A stretch of 64,000 nucleotides of DNA, taken from Mobula hypostoma. Taxonomy: Eukaryota. The stretch lies in contig NC_086100.1 of assembly GCF_963921235.1 (NCBI RefSeq), positions 173,848,001 to 173,912,000 of the forward strand, written 5' to 3'. A model generated the notes under the pieces. That model worked only from the letters and a program-made list of their open reading frames with translations. It was not told the DNA's origin and did not search any database. Within the stretch, counting starts at the first letter, position 1, and the number at the start of each line of letters is the position of its first letter. Positions 13,931-25,689 of the stretch are shown piece by piece. The position numbers were made by a program, and so were the translations under genes.

Positions 13931-14568
13931 TTAGATTAGATTTTAGATTATGAGGACACGCAGTCCCCTTTTATTGTCATTTAGTAATGCATGCATTAAA
14001 AAATGATACAATATTCCTCCGGTGTGATATCACAGAAACACAGGACAGACCAAGACTGAAAAACTAACAAAAACCACATAATTATAAAATATAGTTCCAA
14101 CAGGGCAACAATCCCATAACTTGATGAAGAACAGGCCATGGCACAGTAAAAAAGTTCAAAGTCTCTCAAAAGTCCCACATCTCACGCAGACGGGAGAAGG
14201 AAGAAAACTCTACCTGCCATGCCCGACCACAGTCCAACTCTGAGTCGTCCGAAAACTTCGAGCTCCGATCAGCCCTCCGACAGCGAGTACCGAGCACCAT
14301 CTCTGCCAAACGTTTCAACCTCAGCCTCGGTCGCTAGCAGCAGTCAAAGCCGGGAATTTTGGGGCCTTCCCTCTGGAGATTCTCGATCGCACAGTAGCAG
14401 CGACAGCGAACCGGGCATTTCAGAAATTTCTCCAGATGTTCCTCTGCTTCTCACATCTGTCTCCATCAAATCAGAATTGTGCACGGCATCCTACTTACAA
14501 ATACGATATCATTTCACAGGAGAGGCTACGTGCACTGCGTCGCGTTGCCATCTTCTCCTCCCGCCGAT
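13931..14568 (-). mobile_element. Non-autonomous LINE-derived retroposon (Rex1-like 5' end, (TAATC)n tail)
   Basis: Minus strand begins GGAGGAGAAGATGGC and ends AATAAAA...(TCTAA)n; CpG-rich, so probably young; splits an older CR1 relic. Confidence 0.6.
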
Positions 14569-14913
14569 CCTTTCTGTATCCCCCTGTATCCTTTCACAGC
14601 CCTCTTTACAACCTACTACAGAAGCCTAATCAGCAGCGGGAGCAGAGCACTGCGAAGAGGTTTCTCGCAGGTTGGCGACACTTATTTAAAAAGAGAGCTT
14701 CGCGGGCATTTGGCCATTGCAGAGGCCCTATCAGCGGCGGACGCAGAGCACTGCAAACTAAATAAAAGTACAGGAGGGACAAGCAGAGCAGCTATTGTTG
14801 GGAGTAGGCCAGTGGTGAGAGTAGAAGTGTCAGGCTTTGTCTCAGGGGAGGCGTTGGCTCTGGGTAGATTTCTGTTAAGATTTTCTTTTTGTTTTTCTCT
14901 TACTGTACCTGGT

Positions 14914-15832
14914 ATGGTAAGTGACGGTCATGTGTTCTTAATGTCGGATTTTGGAGTCTCCCGGGGAACTACATCAGCATGAAGTGCATCTGGCTGCAGC
15001 TCCTTGAAGACCGTGTTAGGGATTTGGAGCAGCAACTGGATGACCTTCAGCTTGTACGGGAGAGTGAGGAGATGATCAATCAGAGTTACAGGGAAGTAGT
15101 CTCACCAAAGTTGCAGGAGACGAGTAGCTGGCTGACTGTCAGGAGGAATGGAAATGTAAATAGGCAGTTAGAGCGGAGCACACCTGTGGCTATTCCCCTC
15201 AAAAATAAGTATACCTCTTTGGATACTTTTGTAGGGGGATGACCTCCCGGAGGAATGCCATGGCAACTGGCTCACAGGCACTGAGCATGGGTCCTTGGTG
15301 CAGAAGGGACAGAGAGAGAAGAAGGGAGCGGTCGTGACAGGGGGACAATAGTGAGGGGAACAGACAGGAGATTCTGTGGACATGAATGGGACAGCCAGAT
15401 GGGATGTTGCCTCTCAGGTACCAGGGTCAGGGACGTCTCCATCACATTCACAACATTTTGGAGAGGGAAGGAGTGCAGCCAGATGTCTTGGTACATATTG
15501 GTACCAATGACATAGGAAGGAAAAGCAAAGAGGTCCTGAAGAGAGAATTTAGAGAGCTAGGTAGAAAGCTGAGAAGCAGGACCTCCAGGGTAGAAATTTC
15601 TGGATTGCTGTCTGTGCTACACACCGGCGAGGGTAGAAACAGGATGATCTGGCAGATAAATGCGTGGCTGAGAAACTGGTGCAGGGGGCAGGGCTTCAGA
15701 TTCTTGGATCATTGGGATCTCTTCTGGGGGAGGTATGACCTTTTCGAAAGTGACAGGTTGCATCTGAATCCAAGGGGGACCAATATTCTCACGGGCTTGA
15801 GAATATTGTTAGAGTTGTTGGGGAGGTTTTAA
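14914..15832 (+). pseudogene. CR1 ORF1 (Zn-finger/coiled coil plus SGNH esterase), frameshifted
   Basis: LQLLEDRVRDLEQQLDDL coiled coil; VLVHIGTNDIG (GxND) and DRLHLN (DxxH) SGNH motifs. Confidence 0.85.
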
Positions 15833-15938
15833 GCTAATTTGGCAAGGGGGTGGAAACCAGAGTGATGGGACTCAGGACAGGACAGATGGTAAAGAAGTAA
15901 CGATAGCTTACAGTCAGACTGTCAGGGAGGGCAGGCAG

Positions 15939-17935
15939 GTGATGGGACATAGTCACAACCAACAGAGTGAGTATCAGTACATTAGGGATGCAAAATCAAA
16001 AAGGGTAGCAAATACAATAATCAAGGTGTTGTATCTCAATGCGCAGAGTATAAGAAATAAGGTGGATGATCTTGTTGCACTATTACAGATTGCCAGGTAT
16101 GATGTTGTGGCCATCACTGAATCGTGGCTGAGGGATGGTTGTAGTTGGGAGCTGAATGTCCAAGGTTACACATTTTATCGGAGGGATAGGAAGTTCGGCA
16201 GAGGGGGTGGTGTGGCTCTACTGGTAAAGAATAGCATCAAATCAGTAGAAAGATGTGACATAGGATCGGAAGATGCTGAATCCTTGTGGGTTGAGTTAAG
16301 AAACTGCATGGGTAAAAGGATGAACCAGATGAGCTAAATGAGTATTTTGCATCGGTCTTCACTGTGGAAGACACTAGCAGTGTGCCAGATGTTGTAGTGT
16401 GTGAAGGACAAGAAATGGGTGCAGTTACTATTACAAGGGAGAAGGTGCTCAAAAAGCTGAAAGACCTACAAGTACATAAGTCACCCAGACCAGATGAACT
16501 ACACCTAGGGTTCTGAAAGAGGTATTGTCAGAGATTGTGGCAACATTAAAAATGATCGTTCTAAACTCATCGGACTTTGACATGGTGCCAGAGGACTGGA
16601 AAATTGCAAATTTCATTCCACTCTTTAAGAACGGAGGAAGGCAACAGAAAGGAGATTATAGACCAGTTAGCCTGACTTCAGTGGTTGCGAAGATGTTAGA
16701 GTCAATTGTTAAGGACAAGGTGATGGAATACTTGGCAACACAGGGCAAGCTAGTACAAAGTCAGCATGGTTTCCTTAAGGGAAAATCCTACCTGATGAAA
16801 CCTGTTGGAATCCTTTGAGGAGATTCTTTGAGGTTAGATAAAGGGGATGCAGTGGATGTTGTATATTTGGACTTTGACAAGGTGCCACACATAAGGTTGC
16901 TTACCAAGCTTAGAGCCTGTGGTATTACAGAAAAGTTACTGAGATGGTGAGGGCATTGGCTGATTGGTAGGAGGTAGCGAGTGGGAATAAAAGGATCCTT
17001 GTCTGGTTGGCTGCCAGTGACTATTGGTGTTCTGCAGGGGTCGGTGTTGGGACCACTTCTTTTTATGCTGTATACAAATGATTTAGATGATGAAACAGAT
17101 GGCTTTGTTGCCAAGTTTGCAGATGATCTGAAGATTGGTGGAGGGGCAGGTAGTGTTGAGGAAACAGGTAGGATGCAGAAGGACTTAGACCAATTAGGAG
17201 AATGGGCAAGAAAGTGGCAAATGAAATCTAATGTTGGAATGCATGGTCATGCTCTTTGGTAGTAGAAATAAATGTGGGGACTATTTTCTAATCGGGGAGA
17301 AAATCCAAAAATCTGAAATGCAAAGGGACTTGGGTATCCTTGTGCAGAACACCCTGAAGATTAACTTGCAGGTTGAGTTGGTGATGAGGAAGGCAAATGC
17401 AATGTTAGCATATATTTCAAGAGGTCTCGAATACAAGAGCAAGGATGTGATGCTGAGGCTTTATAAGGCATTGGTGAGGCCTCTCTTGGAGTATTGTCCA
17501 CAGTTTTGGGCTCATCATCTTAGAAAAGATGTGCTGGCATTGGAGAAGGTCCAGAGGAGGTTTACAAGGACGATTCCAGGACTGAAAGGGTTATCAAACA
17601 AGGAACATTTGATGCTGTGGCTCTGTACTTGCTGGAATTTAGAAGGATAAGGGGGGGGGGATCTCATTGAAACCTTTCCATTGTTGAAAGGACTAGACAG
17701 TAGATATGGAAAGGATGTTTGCCCATGGTGGGAGAGTCTAGGACAAGAGGGCACAGCCTCAGAATAGAGGGGTGTCGATTCAAAACAGAGATGCAGAGAA
17801 ATTTCTTTAGCCAACGGGTGGTGAATTTGTGGAATTTGTTGCCACATGCAGCTGTGGAAGCCAGATCATTGGGTGTATTTAAGGCTGAGATTGATAGGTT
17901 CTTGATTGGACATGGCATCAAAGGCTACAGGGAGA
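15939..17935 (+). pseudogene. CR1 ORF2 (APE endonuclease-RT), disrupted
   Basis: LYLNAQSIRNK..ITESWL..RRDR..GGGVALLV; deletion at ~16320; DYRPVSLTS; KFADD; several frameshifts. Confidence 0.9.
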
Positions 17936-18322
17936 AGGCTGTGAAATGGGGGAGAAAAAAAGGATCAGCCATGAGTCAGTGGTGGAGCAGACTCGATGGG
18001 CCAAATGGTCTAATTCTGCTCCTATGTCTTATGGTCTTATACTATACCATCGATTTTTATGTCACCAGTAAAATTACTAATCAGCCCATCTACTTTTCTT
18101 CCAAGTCACTGGACAAACTACAACGATTTCAACACTGATCCCAGCAGCTTCTGGTCACCTCAGAGCTCTGTCACTGGCAGGATTTTGCATTTAAATATAT
18201 TTAGTCAATAATAGGAGTTGCCCTCTTTTACTAACTCGGGAATTGGGGTGTGGCAGAATTTTTATGAAAGGTCTACAACTTCAACCCACCTGAAGGATCA
18301 AGAATCAACTTTATTCGCCATA

Positions 18323-18928
18323 TTGTTGTTGTTGGCATCCATCTGTCTGGAAGGACAATGGGTGATGATCATCATCACAAGCCTGGGTGGAAGGTATGGA
18401 GATCCTGAGATGCCCCAGCTGTCAAAATCCTCCTCTCGGCCTCACTTGTGTAGTCCAAAGGAAAGCTTATGAAACAATATGTTTGCACCAGCTTGGCTGC
18501 AGGAGCTGCCGGAAGGATGTCCAATGACATCCAGCCGCCTTAGGGGCTCCACTCAGGACTTGCTGTGTGCGTTTACTCCTTTAGCCTTCATCTCTCCCAA
18601 GGCTGCCCACAAGGCAGTGGGGCTATCTACCCATAGCTGAGGATCTGGTTCACAAGCACCAGGGTGTGTCCACACACCAGAGGGCCTGCATGCTATGTGT
18701 GCGGGGTCAGACCCCTTCCTGTCCTCTGTAGTACAGCCTGGGTCCAAAAGGAGTTCAGTTTCCATGTGCCCCAAGCAACGAGGCACTGCACGAGGCTTGC
18801 TTTTGGAGGTGCTATGTACTGACAGGGAGGGATTTACACATTCAGCTCTCCTTTCCAAAGACTGCTAGGCAGCGGTGGAAGCTGAATGTGAGAGTGACAA
18901 TCACCACCCATGACACTAGACACACCAC
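18323..18928 (-). mobile_element. RTE-derived non-autonomous retroposon
   Basis: Long TSD ATCAACT(TT)ATTC(G/A)CCATA at 18304-18322 and 18929-18945; (CAA)n tail on minus strand; RTE-like 5'UTR. Confidence 0.65.
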
Positions 18929-18979
18929 ATCAACTATTCACCATAAACACTTGCCTGTATTAGGAATTTGCTGAAGATA

Positions 18980-19524
18980 CACTCAGTGGCCACTTTAGAA
19001 GATACACCTGTACACCTGTTTATTAATGCAAATAGCTAATCAGCCAATCATGATCAACAGCAACTCAATGCATAGTGAAGAGTTTCGATTGTTCTTCAGC
19101 CCAAATAGCAGGAAAGGGAACAAATGAAACCCAAGTCACTTTGACTGTGGAAAGCATGTACTGGGGATTTTTGAACATTTCTGAAACTGCTAATCTGCTG
19201 GAATTTTCACACACAACAGTCTCTGAAGTTTACAGAGAATGGTGCAAAAAGTTAAAAACATTCAGAGGGCAGCAGTTCTAAGAGTGAAGACACAAGGGTA
19301 GTGAGAAAGGTCAGAGGAGAAAGACCAGACTGGTTCAAGTTGACAGGACAGTGACAAAACTCAAATAACCACACATTACAACAATGGTGTGCAGAAGAGC
19401 ATCTCTGAAAGCACAACACATTGAACCTTGAAGTTGATAGGCTACAGAAGCAGAAAACCACGAATATGCGCTCAGAGGCCACTTAGTTAGGTACAGGATG
19501 TGCCTAATAAACTGCCTACTGTTT
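18980..19524 (+). mobile_element. Non-autonomous Tc1 derivative
   Basis: TIR CACTCAGTGGCCACTTT; HTH remnant ISETANLLEFSHTTVSEVYREW. Confidence 0.8.
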
Positions 19525-20231
19525 AACAAATTACTAACTGCTTCCCACCAATGCTCACAGGAAAATAACTACAACTTGAGCAGGAAAGGGTTAACTCCAA
19601 TGAGGGATAACAGCAAAAGGTATCTAATCCAATCTGTAAAACTGCAGATCAGTCAATAACTTATTATTATTGACCAATTATTTCTGTGCCTTGATCTTTG
19701 CATGCTATTCACCTCCTTTCCCAAAACAGTGCATTGGTCAATAACCAATTAGTATTTTATGACAAAGTGTAAGTGGCTTTGGAGATAGAGGTTAGTGCTA
19801 CATTGATGCAAGGGTGCTAAGATGATTTTTTTTATTGCACCACTGGTACTGTACGTTATAAACTTTGTCAATTTTTACAGCCATGCTAATGATGCTTACT
19901 TAACAGTTGTACATTTATGTTAAAACATGATTATTTCCCCACATTAGGACCATGGATTGTTGTGAAGAAGAGTTGGAACTTAATGACCATAGCAGTCAAC
20001 GCACATTTTATGCACGTTATTTCTCCCCCTTCCTCTAAGCTGTTTTGTTTCTACGTTAGGTCCCATGGCTGCTAGTCAAAGAGGTAGGGTGGGTAACTGC
20101 TTCTCTGAGGTAGTTCTCAGCACTGTCCTTTTGCAGGGAGAAGCATCCAGCTGCTATTTCAATGGAGATAAGTCTGAGTGATAGGGGATGCAATAGGTAA
20201 AACAGAAAAACAACTGGAGCAACAACTACTG

Positions 20232-20510
20232 GAGGTCACCACGGTCGCATAGCGGTTAGCGCCACACTATTGCAGATTACGTTGGAGTTCGGATATGAAT
20301 TCTGCATTACCAATAAGGAGTTTATATGTTCTCCCCATGACCGCGAGGGCTTCCTCTACAGTCCAAAGCCAAACCAATTAGTAAGGTAACTGGGCATTGC
20401 AAGTTGTCCTGCATTAGGCTAGTGTTAAATAGGCAGGTTGCAGGGTGCCGTGACACCTTGGGCCAGAAGTCCAGTTCTGCACTGTATCTTTAAATAAATA
20501 AATCTAAATA
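20232..20510 (+). mobile_element. tRNA-derived V-SINE
   Basis: A-box TAGCGGTTAGC head, SINE body, (TAAA)n tail. Confidence 0.75.
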
Positions 20511-21486
20511 ACAATAACTGTGGGGGAGATGGAATTCCATTCCCTCTTACAAATGCTGCTCAGCCCACTGAGTTCCTTCAGCTGACAGCTTGTTTCTTCA
20601 TATTCCCTCATCTTCAGTCTCTTGTGAGTCTCTAAATAAAAAATACGTGGACTCTGCTTGACCAAGACCAGTTCAATTTCACTTACTTTGTGACCAAATT
20701 AAACTTAATTCTGAATACTTAAGTTTCATATGTTCAGATATCCTTGAAAGACTGCTTGGTGAGTACTTTAACAGTCAAACAGTGTTTAAGCACCATTATC
20801 AAATAAGATGCAAGGTACCCAATACAGACCCAGTTAATACTGACCAAGCATATTTGTGCCATTTATATGACCTGAAAGTATGGGCGAGTCAGTTTTAGCC
20901 AAGCCTTAGCTCATGAACTGTTACAGGTGACAAGCCACTGGGAAGGTTGCCCATGTTTCTTGACAACAAGTTGAAAAGACTTAGCTCTCCTGGGCATGGA
21001 GACATTGTGACCCTACTTTTTCTTAACTGGCACTTGGAGATCTCTGGCTTCGGTCAAGTGGGGTAGTCTATATCAGATAAATAGGAGCTCCTAATATGTA
21101 GTTTTTCAATAGTCTGGTGCAGAAATTCTTCAGCATAGTGAGGTAATTCTGCATCAAAGAAACAGCCGAGGCAAATAGTCGTCACCTATTACTAAGATTT
21201 TATCAATATGTGCAAGTAATTTGTTAATATCTTCTTTGTAATTTGCTTGATCTTGGACCAGCCAAAATGTATGCAAGATTGTGGTAATGTTTCTGATGTG
21301 TAACAAAATAATTGTTAGTTTTATCCTGGTGACTATTTCTAGATATCTATCGTCAAACAGGAAGAGGCTGAAATATGATAAGCAAAGGGCTGAAAAGTTA
21401 CAGCAAGTAGATGGGAGTGTAACATTGCCATAAGATCAGCTGTGATCATATTGAAAGGTAGCACTGCTCCTAACTGGTACATTTGT

Positions 21487-21615
21487 AACACACAAAAAGT
21501 GCTGGAGGAATTCTGCAGGTCAGGCATTATCTGTGGAAAAGAGTAAACAGTCAGTGTTTTGGGCCGAGACCCTTCTTCAGGACTGGAAAAGAAAGGGGAA
21601 AAAAACACCAGAAAA
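21487..21615 (-). mobile_element. Penelope pseudo-LTR fragment with degenerate hammerhead
   Basis: Minus strand CAGTC CTGAAGA AGGGTCTCGGCCC AAAA CACT GACTG. Confidence 0.75.
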
Positions 21616-21749
21616 TGCGCCAAGCTACTGATCATTTTGGTGACAATCTTCGTCTTTAGCTTGCCGTGTCCACAGGAACAATCTCAAGATCGGTTAAGTG
21701 TTCTCTCAAATATTCTAAATAAATTTCTAAGTAATTCTAAGTGAGTTCT

Positions 21750-22392
21750 AAGTAAATTTATTATCGAAATGAGTATATATTACCACATACTAGTTTAAGA
21801 TTCATTTTCTTGCAGGCAATTATGAAAAAAAGAAATGCAATAGGATTTACGAAAAGCATTATAAACAGACTAACAAGCAACTGAGGTGCAAAAAAATTGC
21901 AAGCTGTGCAAACATAAAATATACTGAGGACACGAGTTGTAAAGAATTGTTGAACGTGAGTCTGTATGTTGTAGAATCAGTTCAAAGTAGTGGTGATTGA
22001 AGTTATCCACACCACTTCAGGAGCTAGATGGTAGGTTAATAACTGTTTCTGAAGCTTCAGCATCTCATGCTCGATGGTAGTAGTGAGAAATCAGTATGGC
22101 CTCGATGGTAGAGGTCGGTGATAGTGGATTCTGCTTTCTTTTGGCAACACTCTGTGTAAATGTACTCAACGCAGGGGAGGGCTTTGCCTTTACACTAGTC
22201 TATATTCACCACTTTCTGTAGCCTTTTTTGTTCCTGGGTGTTGATGTTTCCATACCAGGCTATGATGCAACCATTAATTTTTCTCCCTACTGTACATCTA
22301 CAGACGTTTGTCAGTGTTTTTGGTGACCTGCTGAATCTACACAAACTTCTAAGTGGACGCACTGCTGTGCCTTCTTTGTGAACACACTTACC
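21750..22392 (-). mobile_element. Old Rex1-clade LINE 3' fragment
   Basis: Similar to 1-520 (CCATACCAGGCTATGATGCAACC; CTGTGCCTTCTTTGT). Confidence 0.7.
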
Positions 22393-22706
22393 AGAGGCAA
22401 TTTGTAGAAGAAAAATAAGAGATCTTTTTTCAGTTAGTATATGGATTTTGACTCCTCATGGCTATGCAGTGTTCCTTGGACTGATTATCTTTTATGTCTA
22501 ATTGTTTGTCTTTGGACTAGCCCTGGTTTTTCACTTTGTTTGCATTTGGATCATGGGGATTTTTAAGCTTTCTTTGTATTTATCACTTTTATTCAATTTG
22601 GGACAATTTAATTAGCACTATTTTTAATGTACTTCACTGTAGTTGTTGTCTTGTGGGGATTATTGCTTTGTCTGGACAGCCATATTGTCTGATTGGTACT
22701 GAATTA

Positions 22707-23741
22707 CATAGAAACATAGAAACATAGAAAATAGGTGCAGGAGTAGGCTATTCGGCCCTTCGAGCCTGCGCCACCATTCGGTATGATCATGGCTGATCAT
22801 CCAACTCAGAACCCTGCACCAGCCTTCCCTCCATACCCCCTGATCCCTTTAGCCACAAGGGCCATATCTAACTCCCTCTTAAATATAGCCAATGAACTGG
22901 CCTCAACTGTTTCCTGTGGCAGAGAATTCCACAGATTCACCACTCTCTGTGTGAAGAAGTTTTTCCTAATCTCAGTCCTAAAAGGCTTCCCCTTTATCCT
23001 CAAACTGTGACCCCTCGTTCTGGACTACTCCAACATTGGGACCAATCTTCCTGCATCTAGCCTGTCCAATCCCTATAGGATTTTATACGTTTCAATCAGA
23101 TCCCCCCTCAATCTTCTAAATTCCAACGAGTATAAGCCTAGTTCATCCAGTCGTTCATCATATGAAAGTCCTGCCATCCGAGGAATCAACCTGGTGAACC
23201 TTCTTTCTACTCCCTCTATGGCAAGGATGTCTTTCCTCAGATTAGGGGACCAAAACTGCACACAATACTGCAGGTGTGGTCTCACCAAGGCCTTGTACAA
23301 CTGCAGTAGTACCTCCCTGCTCCTGTACTCGAATTTTCTTGCTATAAATGCCAGCATACCATTCGCCTTTTTCACCGCCTGCTGTACCTGCATGCCCACT
23401 TTTAATGACTGGTGTATAATGACACCCAGGTCTCGTTGCACCTCCCCTTTTCCTAATCAGCCACCATTCAGATCTGTTTTCCTGTTTTTGCCACCAAAGT
23501 GGATAACTTCACATTTATCCACATCGAATTGCATCTGCCATGAATTTGCCCACTCACCCAACCTATCCAAGTCACCCTGCATCCTCTTAGCATCCTCCTC
23601 ACTGCTAACACTGCCACCCAGCTTCGTGTCATCCGCAAACTTGGAGATGCTGCATTTAATTCCCTCATCCAAGTCATTAATATACATTGTAAACAACTGG
23701 GGTCCCAGCACTGAGCCTTGCGATACCCCACTAGTCACTGC
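22707..23741 (-). mobile_element. CR1 LINE 3' kilobase
   Basis: VTSGVSQGSVLGP..KFADD; LYKALVRPHLQYCVQFWSP; FFTQRVVNLWNSLP; (TTTCTATG)n tail. Confidence 0.92.
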
Positions 23742-25164
23742 AATTCTTATGTACTCCGGGGTGTATTTCAGGGGGACATGCCAACCCCTCTTTGCTTGGT
23801 CATTGTGGATCCTTGTCTGGTGAAACTCAAACCCGGTTCTACTGTGCATCATGAGTGATTTCAGTTCTTCAAGATTCTGCATAGTTTGCTTGGGCTTCTT
23901 AGTTTTGTTTTGTTTGAGTTGCCGAAGTCTTTGAGATTCCTGCACTTGAGTTCACGAGGGACCCTTACAGTAGGTCCTACTGAGAGAGGTCCTACTATTG
24001 TACTCTTGTCCCTTGCTCATTCCATAGAAGTAGAATAAGTATTTAAGCATGCATAAAGCTAGCTGCATGCATGCATACTGGTCATAACAGTATGTAGTGT
24101 GTTGGCAAAGGTTCCTGTACTGGTGTTTGGTTTGACTCACGGAACAAATTGAGAACCTAGATTCTATTTTGGGCCCCATTTGTTAAATATGTTAATTACT
24201 TTGTCATTGCATGCTGGCAAGGCCTTTCACTGCCATTCAGCAGTAAAACAAGTCATCCTTCTGTTCACTGGAGACTGTCAGTCTATAACTTATTGTCTCA
24301 TGATGAAGCTAAAAGGAATACAAATGCTCCTCTCAACTCCACATTAAATTTGAAGGCTGCTGTCAAAGACAGTTCACCACCCCTCTTCCTCCCCTACCTG
24401 GTCTTCAAGGTGCCGCTGGTGACATAAAGTGACGTTTTTGTGGACAGCTCACAAAATAGCTAGATGTTCTCCTCGATTTACTTCTTCTGAAAGATGACTG
24501 CTGCAATCCACATCCTGTAATTTGCCTGCAAGTTAAAAATCTACAAATAGCTGAATGTGTTCTGATGTTACCTTTCAGTTGAGCATGTGCAAGCATCTAA
24601 GAAAAGGTGCACTAATATTATCAAATACAGTTAACTATGCAGCTCTAATTGTGTGCAGTTCTCTGTCATCATACGAAAGTAATTTGACCAGGGAAATTTC
24701 ATTCCAATATTCAACAACAACAGGCAGAAGCAGACAGCACAGAGATGGAAGCCTTTACTCCAAGAGGATCTGAATTAATGGGCAATTTGTGGCTCTAGTC
24801 TTTTATGGATGACAATAAATGACTGCCTGATTACTATCAATCTAGATTTTTGTTTCCATTGTGTTGAACGTGCAACATCCACACCATTGGGGAACTTAAC
24901 TGAATCAAGGCTCAACTTAGCTAATAAAGCAACTGTGTGTGCTTCCAAGACAAAACAATTTGGACTGTGCAAATTAACCAACAAGGAAAAGGTTTACTAT
25001 GAATTTCAAATGCTACGAATAGATGGTCAACTATTACTTCTTTATTACTAGCTTAGCAAAAATAATATTCTATTATTTTCATGCCTTTATATGTAAATTA
25101 GCCAGTTAGCTCAGCACAGAAAGAAAGGTTGTACTAACATAATTGGCTAACATGTTAGACCCAT

Positions 25165-25562
25165 TTCTTTTGGAATTTAGAAGAATCAAGGGAGATTTTA
25201 TTGTAACAAATAAGATCCTAGTCAGCATAACAGAGTAGTTGTTGAGAGTTTTCTACTAGTTGGAGAGTCTTGAATGAGGAAACACAGATATAAGAAAAGT
25301 GAACAATTATTTCAAACAGAGGTGCATAGAAGCAATGTCTCACAGAGGATGGTAAATCTCTGGAATTCTCTGCCCCAGTGGTCGTGAAGGCTGGATTAAT
25401 GGAGATATTTAAGGAAAAGGTTTACAATGGTGAAAAATTGAGAAACCAGGGGTCATGGAACTGGCACAAAGGAAGGGAAGAGGCCTAGGACAATGTAGCC
25501 ATGAATGGTGAGACGGGCTTATGAAGTCAGTTGGCATACATCTACTTCAATATTCTTATGTG
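25165..25562 (+). mobile_element. Old CR1 3' fragment
   Basis: TTGGAATTTAGAAGAAT..GGAGAT; CTCTGGAATTCTCTGCCCCAG. Confidence 0.65.
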
Positions 25563-25689
25563 TATCCTTGTCAATCACCAACCATTAGCTCTCACGGAAG
25601 GTCATGGTAGAAGTTATCCCCTCAACCCACATTTGCTTATTATCACAAGTTGAAACTCCATGAACAACCCCTTTCCAAAGCAGGTAATG

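Larger units (their letters stand above)
14621..18039 (+). mobile_element. CR1 LINE with 5'UTR, ORF1 and internally deleted ORF2
   Basis: TSD TACTACA/TACTATA (14614-14620, 18040-18046); ORF1 esterase, APE N-terminus, RT QGSVLGP..FADD, C-terminal TRGHS..FFSQRVV, (TCTTATGG)-type tail. Confidence 0.9.

Noticed and set aside
14219-14982. Overlapping 109-167 aa ORFs
   Set aside because: They span TE junctions and GC-rich UTRs, with no protein motif
23194-23823. 209-aa plus-strand ORF
   Set aside because: Antisense shadow of CR1 ORF2
24399-24525. Possible minus-strand exon (TTTTAACTTGCAG acceptor, GTAGGG donor)
   Set aside because: Stops in all three frames; a non-coding exon cannot be supported from sequence alone
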